This document shows, one piece after another, positions 51,989 through 63,412 of a stretch of DNA of 64,000 nt (positions within the stretch are counted from its first letter, which is position 1; every line of letters starts with the position of its first letter). A program made the translations under genes and the position numbers. A model generated the notes under the pieces. That model ran no database searches and was not told where the DNA came from. It saw only the letters and a list, made by a program, of their open reading frames with translations. Source of the stretch: Octopus sinensis (lineage: Eukaryota); assembly GCF_006345805.1 (NCBI RefSeq), contig NC_043026.1:12131579-12195578 (forward strand), given 5' to 3'.

Positions 51989-52385
51989 GGCGCAGGAGTG
52001 GCTGTGTGGTAAGTAGCTTGTTTACCAACCACATGGTTCCGGGTTCAGTCCCACTGCATGGCACCTTGGGCAAGTATCTTCTACTATAGCCTCGGGCCGA
52101 CCAAAGCCTTGTGAGTGGATTTGGTAGACGGAAACTGAAAGAAGCCCGTCGTATATATGTATATATATGCGTGTGTGTTTGTGTGTCTGTGTTTGTCCCC
52201 CTAGCATTGCTTGACAACCGATGCTGGTGTGTTTATGTCCCCGTTACTTAGCGGTTCGGCAAAAGAGACCGATAGAATAAGTACTGGGCTTACAAAAGAA
52301 TAAGTCCCGGGGTCGAGTTGCTCGATTAAAGGTGGTGCTCCAGCATGGCCACAGTCAAATGACTGAAACAAGTAAAAGAGTAAGG
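51989..52385 (+). mobile_element. SINE family A
   Basis: Full-length match to family A. Confidence 0.9.
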
Positions 52386-52604
52386 AGTATATAAAATAAT
52401 TTTGTTACGCAAATGTTTAAAACCTAGAAATTCCGAGAAATTACGGGATTTTTCTTACTAGATAATTTTCGACTCCATTCTACAGGATTACAAGCTTATT
52501 CAACCGATCGTAATATTTATTATACGTAGTTTTATTTTGTTAATTTTTTTTCCGTATATATGAGTTTATATGTGACTTTTGTATTAACTATAATTCACTC
52601 GTAT

Positions 52605-52962
52605 TCTGCCGTTACGTTCTGAGTTCAAATTCCGCCGAGGTCGACTTTGCCTTTCATCCTTTCGGAGTCGATTAAATATTTACCAGTTACGCACTGGAGT
52701 CGATATAATCGACTTAATACCTATGTCTGTCCTTGTTTGTCCCCTCTGTGTTTAGCCCCTTGTGGGTAGTAAAGAAATAAAAAATAGGTATTTCGTCTGC
52801 CGTTACGTTCTGAGTTCAAATTCCGCCGAGGTCGACTTTGCCTTTCATCCTTTCGGGGTCTATTAAATAAGTACGCACTGGAGTCGATATAATCGACTTA
52901 ATACCTATGTCTGTCCTTGTTTGTCCTCTCTGTGTTTGTCCCTTTGTGGGTAGTAAAGAAAT
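52605..52962 (+). repeat. SINE B dimer without the head
   Basis: Two body units. Confidence 0.8.
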
Positions 52963-53274
52963 ATATAATTCACTCGTGTTGGGCATATAGAACGTCAGAT
53001 GACGTTTATGTGATGAGGGAACTGGTTTTGCGTGTCTGTATTAATTAATAACCAAAATACAGAAATAATATTTAATAAATTTTCAGAGAAAGCGTAACTT
53101 TACATCAGATCTTTCATATACAATTTCAGGAAGATAATTAAAAAAAAAATTGTCTAGAATAATAGTTGATTTGTCTTAATCTTGATTAGATGTGAATAAT
53201 AATTATTTTTAGACAATAAGTACTGAACAATAGAATAAATAGCGATTTCTGAGCAGTAACATCAAAAGGTTTTT

Positions 53275-53460
53275 ACTTACCGATGTTCACCTTAATTTTA
53301 CTAAATAATATCTTCACTTTTATTGCTAAAGAAACCAGTTTTTATAGGGAAATATCTTTAATTACACAAACCAATTAAGACAACTATGAAAACGGAAGTG
53401 AAATGTATTGTGTCACTTCCCCTCTCTAACCAAGAAAACCACAAAGCTTCACACCGAAAG
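53275..53460 (-). promoter_or_regulatory. Putative G5 promoter/first exon with splice donor CATCG|GTAAGT (GT at 53280-53279)
   Basis: ETS-type CGGAAGT at 53393; homology to 42900-42975; canonical donor. Confidence 0.5.
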
Positions 53461-53502
53461 AGAAAGTAGGAAAGAAATATTTCACATGTGTAAACATATA
53501 TA

Positions 53503-54913
53503 CCGTAAATCCTTGAGTATAGTCCGCCCTTTAGGTCGACTTTGCCTTTCATTCTTTTGGTGTCGATTAAATAAGTATGCACTGGGGTCGATATAATCGA
53601 CTTAATCCGTTTGTCTGTCCTTGTTTGTCCCCCCTGTGTTTAGCCCCTTATGGGTAGTAAAGAAATAGGTATGTGTTTGTGTATGCATGGGTCGATATAA
53701 TCGACTTAATCCGTTTGTCTGTCCTTGTTTGTCCCCTCTGTGTTTAGCCCCTTGTGGGTAGTAAAGAAATAGGTATGTGTTTGTGTATGCATGGGTCGAT
53801 ATAATCGACTTAATCCGTTTGTCTGTCCTTGTTTGTCCCCTCTGTGTTTAGCCCCTTATGGGTAGTAAAGAAATAGGTGTGTGTTTGTGTATGCATGGGT
53901 CGATATAATCGACTTAATCCGTTTGTCTGTCCTTGTTTGTCCCCTCTGTGTTTAGCCCCTTGTGGGTAGTAAAGAAATAGGTATGTGTTTGTGTATGCAT
54001 GGGTCGATATAATCGACTTAATCCGTTTGTCTGTCCTTGTTTGTCCCCTCTGTGTTTAGCCCCTTATGGGTAGTAAAGAAATAGGTATGGTTTGTGTATG
54101 CATGGGTCGATATAATCGACTTAATCCGTTGTCTGTCCTTGTTTGTCCTCTCTGTGTTTGTCCCTTGTGGGTAGTAAAGAAATAGGTATGTGTTTGTGTA
54201 TGCATGGGTCGATATAATCGACTTAATCCGTTTGTCTGTCCTTGTTTGTCCCCTTTATGTTTAGCCCCTTGTGGGTAGTAAAGAAATAGGTATGTGTTTG
54301 TGTATGCATGGGTCGATATAATCGACTTAATCCGTTTGTCTGTCCTTGTTTGTCCCCTTTATGTTTAGCCCCTTGTGGGTAGTAAAGAAATATATAATTC
54401 ACTCGCATTAGGCATATAGAACGTCAGATGACTTTTATGTTATGCGGGGGATTTTTAAAGGGCTGTACCTCTGAAAAACCTAAACCTTGTGTGTAATATG
54501 CACCCCTTCTCTAACTTGAGTCAAGGAGGTCTATATAACGTCCTTGGTTTGTAAAACTATACAGTAACGTCCTTTATTATTATTGTATATATAACATAAT
54601 GCAAACGTGTAGCTTTTTTGTGCATTTTGTTTGCAGAAAATAAAGAAATAACAGTAATAACGTTTAATAAATGTTGCTTACTGCAAGTTATGGTTGATTC
54701 TTTTATGACTTCATTGCTTTCAGGCTTAGCTTAAGGTATTTTCCCGCCCGACATCACAAAATGTGTCTGAATAAACATTGCCGGACAGCAAATAGAGACT
54801 CGGACATTGCTTAGAAAATAATTTTAATTTTTAACCTCGTATGTAGTACGCACTAGGGATTTCGACCTTTAAATTTTGGGAAAAAAATGCGGATTATACT
54901 CGAGGATTTATGG
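53503..54913. mobile_element. TA-flanked Tc1/mariner-superfamily non-autonomous element carrying a 104-bp satellite
   Basis: TA|CCGTAAATCCTTGAGTATAGTCCGC on the left and GCGGATTATACTCGAGGATTTATGG|TA on the right. Confidence 0.7.
53586..54392. repeat. 104-bp satellite x8 derived from the SINE B 3' end
   Basis: GGGTCGATATAATCGAC at 53586, 53689, 53793, 53897, 54001, 54104, 54206 and 54310. Confidence 0.92.
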
Positions 54914-55671
54914 TAAACACATACACCCACAAATACACACACATATAGTGTACTGTTCCGTTAATAAACAAAAGGTTTAAATGTGAGTTGCTAAAAGTTG
55001 GACAAGCTTGTACAATGTGCCAGGGATAACTGGAGAATTGCGACCTTCTACCCGCACTGCTTTGTTTCCACACATACTCTTCTACTTGTTTCAGTCATTT
55101 GACTGTGGCCATGCTGGCGCACCGCCGTAAGTCGAGCAAATCGATCCCAGGACTTATTCTTTGTAAGCCTAGCACATATTCTATCGGTCTCTCTATTGCC
55201 GAACCGCTAAGTTACGGGGACGTAAACACACCAGCATCGCTTGTCAAGCGATGTTGGGGAGACAGACACAGACGCAGAAACATATACGATTATATCGACC
55301 CCAGTGCATACTTATTTAATCGACTCCAAAACAATGAAAGACAAAGTCGACCTCAAGGGCGGACTATACTCAAGGACACATATATATACATATATACGAC
55401 GGGGCTTCTTTCAGTTTCTGTCTACCAAATCCACTCACAAGTAGTATATATAATGAAGGCAGCTGTGAGAGCAATGTAAAACCAAAAAGGAAGAATTCAG
55501 TTGTCACTAATTGTGACTGACAATGCAGAGTAGCACCTATATTGCTAGAGTATATGTTGATTTGTCTTAAGTACTAGGCTTACAAAGAATAAGTCCTGGG
55601 GTCAATTTCTATGATTAAAAACCCTTTAAGGCAGAGCTCCAGCATGGCTGCAGTCAAATGACAGGTAAGAG

Positions 55672-56056
55672 AGTGGTAAGTAGCTTGCTAACCAACCACA
55701 CGGTTCCGGGTTCAGTCCCTCTGCGTGGCATCTTGGGCAAGTGTCTTCTGCTATAGCCCCGGGCCGACCAATGCCTTGTGAGTGGATTTGGTAGACGGAA
55801 ACTGAAAGAAGCCTGTCGTATATATGTATATATATATATGTATGTGTGTGTTTGTGTGTCTGTGTTTGTCCCCCTAGCATTACTTGACAACCGATGCTGG
55901 TGTGTTTACGTCCCCGTCACTTAGCGGTTCGGCATAAGAGAGACCGATAGAATAAGTACTGGTCTTACAAAGAATAAGTCCCGGGGTCGATTTGCTCGAC
56001 TAAAGGCGGTGCTCCAGCATGGCCGCAGTCAAATGACTGAAACAAGTAAAAGAGTA
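55672..56056 (+). mobile_element. SINE family A
   Basis: Matches family A. Confidence 0.88.
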
Positions 56057-56236
56057 TATATATGTATATATACAAAATAAGAAAATGGAGGAATACACCT
56101 TAATCAATCATCAACTACCAGATAATACCCAATCACATAATTTATTAACCAACTACATATGAACATCAAGGTCAAACACAATAATACAGAACAAAACAGT
56201 GCACATCAATGAGTAATATGATACCATAAGTACAAT

Positions 56237-56636
56237 ACTCTTTTACTCTTTTACTTGTTTCAGTCATTTGACTGTGGCCATGCTGGAGCACCGCCTTTAG
56301 TCGAGCAAATCGACCCCGGAACTTATTCTTTGTAAGCCCAGTACTTATTCTATCAGTCTCTCTTTTGCCGAACCGCTAAGTGACGGGGACATAAACACAC
56401 CAGCATTGGTTGTCAGGCAATGTAAGGTGACAAACACAGACACATACCTACATATATATATATATACATATATACGACAGGCTTCTTTCAGTTTCCGTCT
56501 ACCAAATCCACTCACAAGGCATTGGTCGGCCCGGGGCTATAGCAGAAGACACTTGCCCAAGATGCCACGCAGTGGGACTGAACCCGGAACCATGTGGTTG
56601 GTTAGCAAGCTACTTACCACACAGCCACTCCTGCGT
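56237..56636 (-). mobile_element. SINE family A
   Basis: Matches family A. Confidence 0.88.
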
Positions 56637-57224
56637 CTGTATAAATAAATATAAATTGTACTTATTGTATCATATTACTCATTGATGTGCACTGTTTTGT
56701 TCTGTACTATTATGTTTGACCTTGATGTTCATATGTAGTGGTTTAATAAATTATGTGATTGGGTATTATCTGGTAGTTGATTATTGATTAAGGTGTATTT
56801 CTCCATTTTCTTATTTTGTATTATAAATTTGAGGTAAAACATTTTACCTTCGCTCATATAATACAATAAATGAATTAATTGCATTGCAATTCTTAGCATT
56901 TATGTATTAACTTTATTGGGTGCTTTACTGGCAGTATATTGGATATATGTTATCCCACAGAGGGTTACACTCACAACCCCTATCTCAATTTGTATATGTA
57001 TATATTCTTTCATTCTCTTACCTGTCATTTGACTGCAGCCATGCTGGAGCTCTGCCTTAAAGGGTTTTTAATCATAGAAATTGACCCCAGGACTTATTCT
57101 TTGTAAGCCTAGTACTTCTTCTATTGGTCTCTTTTGCCAAACTGCTAAGTTACAGGGTACGTAAACACACCAAGCAATGTAAGGGGTGAGGTGCAAAGAT
57201 AAACCCAACACAGACACACACACA

Positions 57225-57560
57225 CATCATCATCATCGTTTAACGTCCGTTCTCCATGCTAGCATGGGTTGGATGGTTCGACCGGGGATCTGGGAAGCCA
57301 GAAGGCTGCACCAGGCTCCAGTCTTATCTGGCAATGTTTCTACAGCTGGATGCCCTTCCTAACGCCAACCACTCCGTGAGTGTAGTGGGTGCTTTTTATG
57401 TGCCACCTGCACAGGTGCCAGGCGAGGCTGGCAACGGCCACGGTCGGATTGGTGTATTTTATGTGCCACCGGCACGGAAGCCAGTCGAGGCGGCGCTGGC
57501 ATCAGCTACGAGTCGGATAGTGCTTTTTACGTACCACCAGACCAGGGATCCTGGCTGGTT
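57225..57560 (-). mobile_element. Family C retroelement
   Basis: (CAT)n tail and family C body. Confidence 0.75.
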
Positions 57561-57984
57561 CAATTCGATTTCGATTTTGCTTGCCCCAACATGTCTTCGC
57601 AAGCAGAGGGGGTTGGCATGGGTGCCTGTCGTACGGTCGGATATACATACAATAGCCTTCTTTCAATTTCTGTCTACCAAATACACTCACAAGGCTTTGT
57701 CAGTCCAAGACTCTAGTAGAAGGCACTTGCCCAAGGTGACACACAGTGGAGTGTCTTCTATTATAGCCTTGTAATTAATTATTTGTAGGATTCTTTTGTA
57801 TCATGGGATTTTAATATTCTTTTCTACTCTAGGCACAAGGCCCGAAATGTTTGGGGTGTGGGCCAGTCAATTAGATCTACTCTAGTATGCAACTGGTACT
57901 TTATTGACCCTGAAAGGATGGAAGGCAAAATCAACCTCAGCAGAATTTGAACTCAGAACATAAAGACAGAGGAAATACCTATTT

Positions 57985-58915
57985 CTTTATTACCCACAAG
58001 GGGCTAAACATAGAAGGGACAAACAAGGACAGACATAGGTATTAAGTCGATTACATCGACCCCAGTGCGTAACTGGTACTTATTTAATCGACCCCGAAAG
58101 GATGAAAGGCAAAGTCGACCTCGGTAGAATTTGAACTCACAACGTAACGGCAGACGAAATACCGCTAAGCATTTCGCCCAACGTGCTAACGTTTCTGCCA
58201 GCTCGCCACCTTTTCTCTTTTTTCGATTACATCGACCCCAGTGCGTAACTGGTACTTAATTTATCGACCCCGAAAGGATGAAAGGCAAAGTCGACCTCGG
58301 TAGAATTTGAACTCACAACGTAACGGCAGACGAAATACCGCTAAGCATTTCGCCCAACGTGCTAACGTTTCTGACAGCTCGCCACCTTTTCTCTTTTTTC
58401 GATTACATCGACCCCCAGTGCATAACTGGTACTTAATTTATCGACCCTGAAAGGATGAAAGGCAAAGTCGACCTCGGTAGAATTTGAACTCACAACGTAA
58501 CGGCAGACGAAATACCGCTAAGCATTTCGCCCAACGTGCTAACGTTTCTGCCAGCTCGCCACCTTTTCTCTTTTTTCGATTACATCGACCCCAGTGCGTA
58601 ACTGGTACTTAATTTATCGACCCCGAAAGGATGAAAGGCAAAGTCGACCTCGGTAGAATTTGAACTCACAACGTAACGGCAGACGAAATACCGCTAAGCA
58701 TTTCGCCCAACGTGCTAACGTTTCTGCCAGCTCGCCACCTTTTCTCTTTTTTCGATTACATCGACCCCCAGTGCATAACTGGTACTTAATTTATCGACCC
58801 CGAAAGGATGAAAGGTAAAGTCGACCTCGGCGGAATTTGAACTCAGAACATAAAGACAGACGAAATACCACTAAGCATTTCGCCCAGCATGCTACCGTTT
58901 CTGCCAGCTTGCAGC
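57985..58915 (-). repeat. SINE B 5' half satellite, 176/177-bp unit x about 5, each unit keeping the A and B boxes
   Basis: CGATTACATCGACCCC at about 58050, 58224, 58400, 58577 and 58753. Confidence 0.92.
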
Positions 58916-59524
58916 CTTTTGGGATTTTAATATTAAGAACACCAAATGAGGGTTGAGATTTGCACATCCATGTATGTACCATATACAAACATACCCATAT
59001 ATATATCCATACATATATGGGCATATTCATTCACATGCACACACAATTATACACACACAATTATACACATACACATGTACATGAAATTATATACCCATGC
59101 ACTCCAGCATGCAGTTTCATGATCCAATGTAAGATCCAGATCCAACACAGGGAAGATTCCAGGAATAGTGTTTATATAAAATAAGAACACAAATGGGTTA
59201 AAGGTTCACTACAGCTGTTTCTGAGGCATTTATTTTTATTGATAATTCGATTACATCATGAAAAAAAAAAAAAAGCTAGTTTCTTCAGGTGAATCAAAAA
59301 TTTTAAATTTGGTTTGGAGAGAAAATACAAGGATATGGAATAGGACTGACTCTCTTATTTCAGTGCTGAAATGCGAGGGTCAATCCACATCTTGGTACAC
59401 ATGCAGGCTTTCTTTTAGTTTCCAGCAACTGAATCCAACCAGCAAGGCATTGGTCAGCCTAGGGTAGTAGCACAAGACATCTTCCCAAGGAGTGGATTTT
59501 GTAGACGCGAACAGAAGAAGCCTG

Positions 59525-59558
59525 TTGTATATATATATATATATTATATATATATATG

Positions 59559-59616
<58 letters not shown>

Positions 59617-59773
59617 ATATATATATGTATATATATATATGTATATATGTATATATAATAGTATATATGTATGTATATGTATATATATATGTATATATAT
59701 ATATATGTATATATATATGTATATATATATATGTATATATATTATATATATTGTATATATATTATATATGTAT

Positions 59774-59823
<50 letters not shown>

Positions 59824-59825
59824 TG
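59525..59825. repeat. (TA)n/(TATG)n microsatellite
   Basis: Read directly. Confidence 0.97.
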
Positions 59826-59941
59826 TTGCAATTAAGGACAACTACTTATAAGGAAAACTTAACAAGAAATTGTCAGGTAGATAGCGTAAAAACCTCATAA
59901 GAGAAAAAATTTCGAAAATAATTATTTCTTATTGAACATAT

Positions 59942-60213
59942 TAATTTATATATAGAGGGCATAATTATACATACATGCCAGGAGGCATTATATATACATG
60001 CCAAACGCTAAGAGGGACAATCAGTCATTTCTACCAAAAATATTACTAATCCCACCGAATGCAATTTTTCAAAGTACTTACTTTGAAAAATTGCATTCGG
60101 TGGGATTAGTAATATTTTTGGTAGAAATGACTGATTGTCCCTCTTAGCGTTTGGCATGTATATATAATGCCTCCTGGCATGTATGTATAATTATGCCCTC
60201 TATATATAAATTA
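59942..60213. repeat. Perfect palindrome with 135-bp arms and a 2-nt loop
   Basis: 59942-60076 is the exact reverse complement of 60079-60213 by eye; centre CAAAGTA-CT-TACTTTG. Confidence 0.92.
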
Positions 60214-60239
60214 TATATATATATGTATATATATTATAG

Positions 60240-60281
<42 letters not shown>

Positions 60282-60487
60282 GTATATATATATATGTATA
60301 TGTATATATGTATATGTATATGTATATATATATGTATATATATATATATGTATATATGTATATATATATGTATATATATATGTATATGTATATATATATA
60401 TGTTATATATATGTAATATATATATATATATATGTAATATATTATATATAATGTTAATATATATATATGTATATATAATATATATAT

Positions 60488-60520
<33 letters not shown>

Positions 60521-60555
60521 GTATGAGAAGGAAAATATATTATATAATATATATA
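60214..60555. repeat. (TA)n/(TATG)n microsatellite
   Basis: Read directly. Confidence 0.97.
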
Positions 60556-60611
60556 AGAAATATTGAATTTCTAAATCTCTCGTAGAGACATGTACGGTGG
60601 TGGGGCGATAA

Positions 60612-61051
60612 AATGGTTGTATACTGTCAATCTAACAAGAACGTGACAGTAGGCGGTACCACCGCTGTATAGCCCTAGGAAGCATCGAACGCCTCCTGAT
60701 GGCTTTGACACATTTTTCCCTGTGTCCTTATATACATATACGATTATTTTGATAATCAGTGAATAGACTTCACTGAGTATAGATATATACAATTACGAAG
60801 TCGAGACAAATATCACCGGTTGACCGGTGTCTGCTACTCTAGGCCGATGAAGGACAACGATCCTGAAACACGTGTCCCTAGATGCAGTTTCGGCAGCCGG
60901 AGGTGTTTGTCTCCCCTTCGTATATGTATATAAGAACACAGGGAAAAATGTGTCAAAGCCATCAGGAGGCGTTCGATGCTTCCTAGGGCTATACAGCGGT
61001 GGTGTACCCCCTACTGTCACGTTCTTGTTAGATTGACAGTATACAACCATT
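60612..61051 (+). mobile_element. Penelope-like terminal repeat with an inverted duplication (arms 60612-60743 / 60918-61051)
   Basis: About 132-bp inverted arms; the loop contains a hammerhead motif. Confidence 0.7.
60831..60887 (+). ncRNA. Minimal type I hammerhead ribozyme (U4C core variant), predicted cleavage after 60876
   Basis: CTGC..TCTAGG-CCGATGA-AGGA(CAACGA)TCCT-GAAA-C(ACGT)G-TC-CCTAGA.GCAG: all three stems pair, and stem III is capped by a palindromic tetraloop. Confidence 0.75.
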
Positions 61052-61075
61052 CTATATATATATATATATATATAT

Positions 61076-61372
61076 CATCATCATCATCATCGTCGTTTAA
61101 CGTCCGTTCTCCATGCTAGCATGGGTTGGACGGTTCGACCGGGTTTCTGGGAAGCCAGAAGGCTGCACCAGGCTCCAGTCTAATTTGGCAATGTTTCTAC
61201 AGCTGGATGCCCTTCCTAACGCCAACCACTCCGTGAGTGTAGTGGTGCTTTTTACGCCACCTGCACAGGTGCCAGGCGGGGCTGGCAACGGCCACGGTCA
61301 GATTGGTGTATTTTATGTGCCACCGGCACGGAAGCCAGTCGAGGCGGTGCTGGCATCGGCCACGAGTCGGAT
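61076..61372 (-). mobile_element. Family C retroelement
   Basis: (CAT)n tail and family C body. Confidence 0.75.
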
Positions 61373-62056
61373 AAGTAATATATATATATATATGAAGTAA
61401 AATTACTTCTCATCTGATGATTACGGTCTTTTATAATGGAATAATGTTCTCATTCTTCTATTACAAGTTACCTAAGAAACAGCTGTAATGGCAGGGGTGG
61501 ACAGCTTGACAGGAGCTGGCAAGGCACCTGTCAAGTCGCCAGGTTCCATAGTCCGTTTTAGCTTGGTTTCTACAGTTGGATGCCCTTCATAACACCAACT
61601 ACTTTTCAGAATGTACTGGGTGCTTTTTACGAGGCCCCATCATCAGTGCTTTTTATGTGGAACCATCACAAGTGCTTTTTTCATGGTACCATCACCAGTA
61701 GTTTTTATGTGGCACCATCATCAATTCTTTTTAAATTAAATCCTTCCTTCATATTCTTTTTAATTGAGAATTTTCCTGTTTAATTATATTCAAAACACTA
61801 AAACAGAAGTTAGTATACTTGAGGGCATAAATGATACAAATATTAAGTTAGGGTACTTGTAATGGATATTCATAAAATTTCTAGACTATTCCAATGAGGC
61901 ATTACCATTGGTGATAAAACTATTGGTTACACCAATGAAAAGTAAAACAGAGACAATTTATTCAGCAAAAAGTAGGGTCATAATAGGATCAAGAAAAAGT
62001 AGAGTTATACATGCAGTGCTTGTTAAACTGTACATAGTTTCTATATTTCAATATAG

Positions 62057-63412
62057 TTACTGTTCTGTATGAGTAGAAGCGTGTTCACTCAAGTCCCGCT
62101 TTTGAGAAAATGATTCACCACAGATATCACAGCGATACGGTTTTCCTCTTGTATGAGTGCGCTTATGTTTAGTTAAGTAAATACGCCCAGAAAAAGATTT
62201 ACTGCAGATTTCACAGTGATATGGTTTTTCTCCAGTATGAATACGTTTGTGAGTGACTAAGTTATGTTTTTGAGAGAAGGATTTACCACAGACATCACAG
62301 TGATATCGTTTCTCTCCTGTATGAATTCGTTTGTGTTTAGTTAAGTAACTACTTTCTGAGAATGATTTACCACAGGTATTACAGTGATATGGCTTCTCAC
62401 CTGTGTGAATGTGTTTGTGAGTAGCTAAAGTATGCCCATAAGAAAACGATTTACCACAGGCATCACAATGATATGGTTTCTCTCCTGTATGAAGATGTTT
62501 GTGAATAGTTAAGGAATATCTATGCGAGAATGAATTACCACAGATATCACAGTGATATGGTTTCTCTCCTGTATGAATACGTTGGTGAGTAATTAAGTTA
62601 TCTTTTTGAGAGAATGATTTATCACAGATATCACAGTGGTATAACTTCAGCCCTGTATGAATGCGTTTGTGTCTAGTCAAGTGAGCAGCATCTGAGAACA
62701 ATTTATCACAGATATCACAGCGATATGGCTTCTCTCCCGTATGAATACGTTTGTGAGTAGTTAAGACACGTCCAAGGGAAAATGATTTACCACAGATGTC
62801 GCAGTGATATGGTCTCTCTCCTGTATGAATATGATTATGGCTCATTAGGGTATATCTACGAGAGAATGATTTACCACAGATATCACAGTGATATTGTTTC
62901 TCTCCTGTATGAATGTGCTTGTGTTTAGTGAAACGCATTCCATCAGAGAATGATTTATTGCAGATATCACATTGATATGGTTTCTTTACTGTGTGAGTAC
63001 GTTTATGTCTAGTTAAGGTACCATTCTCGGAGAATGATTTACCACAGACGTCGCAGAAATACGGCTTTTCCCCTGTGTGAATGCGTATGTGTTTTGTTAA
63101 ATGAACACTTTGAGAGAATGATTTTCCACAGACATCACAGTGATACGGCCTCTCTCCTGTATGAATACGCTGGTGAGTTATTAGGTTGCCTTTCAGAGAG
63201 AAGGATTTATCACAGATATCACACTGATATGGTTTCTCTCCTGTATGAATACATTTATGATTGGCTAAGCTGCTGTTTCGAGAGAATGATGTGCCACAGA
63301 TATCACAATCGTATGAGGTTTTCCCTTTCTCATTCTTCTCATCATCAGGAAAATCAATCCTTTTGGTCTCTGTCTCACATTTAACCTTGATCTCACTTAA
63401 TTCCTTTTCCAT
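62057..63412 (-). CDS. C2H2 zinc-finger protein G6, 451 aa, 15 fingers, close paralogue of G4
   Basis: Shares the G4 finger order and odd linkers (TVKKP, TGLKL, TRGKP) and the THTEQ end. Confidence 0.95.
   Translation of the reverse strand: MEKELSEIKVKCETETKRIDFPDDEKNEKGKTSYDCDICGTSFSRNSSLANHKCIHTGEKPYQCDICDKSFSLKGNLITHQRIHTGERPYHCDVCGKSFSQSVHLTKHIRIHTGEKPYFCDVCGKSFSENGTLTRHKRTHTVKKPYQCDICNKSFSDGMRFTKHKHIHTGEKQYHCDICGKSFSRRYTLMSHNHIHTGERPYHCDICGKSFSLGRVLTTHKRIHTGEKPYRCDICDKLFSDAAHLTRHKRIHTGLKLYHCDICDKSFSQKDNLITHQRIHTGEKPYHCDICGNSFSHRYSLTIHKHLHTGEKPYHCDACGKSFSYGHTLATHKHIHTGEKPYHCNTCGKSFSESSYLTKHKRIHTGEKRYHCDVCGKSFSQKHNLVTHKRIHTGEKPYHCEICSKSFSGRIYLTKHKRTHTRGKPYRCDICGESFSQKRDLSEHASTHTEQ

Larger units (their letters stand above)
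55569..57117. repeat. Nested inverted duplication (104-bp outer arms, 166-bp inner arms) around a SINE A
   Basis: 55569-55672 is the reverse complement of 57014-57117; 56071-56236 pairs with 56655-56820. Confidence 0.85.

Noticed and set aside
59492-60585. YI-repeat ORFs (59492, 59556, 60151, 60242)
   Set aside because: They are (TA)n/(TATG)n translations.
31087-61420. Other CTGATGA matches (31087, 48249, 61414, and the minus strand near 63340)
   Set aside because: No pairable stem II followed by GAAA and stem III, so they are not hammerheads.
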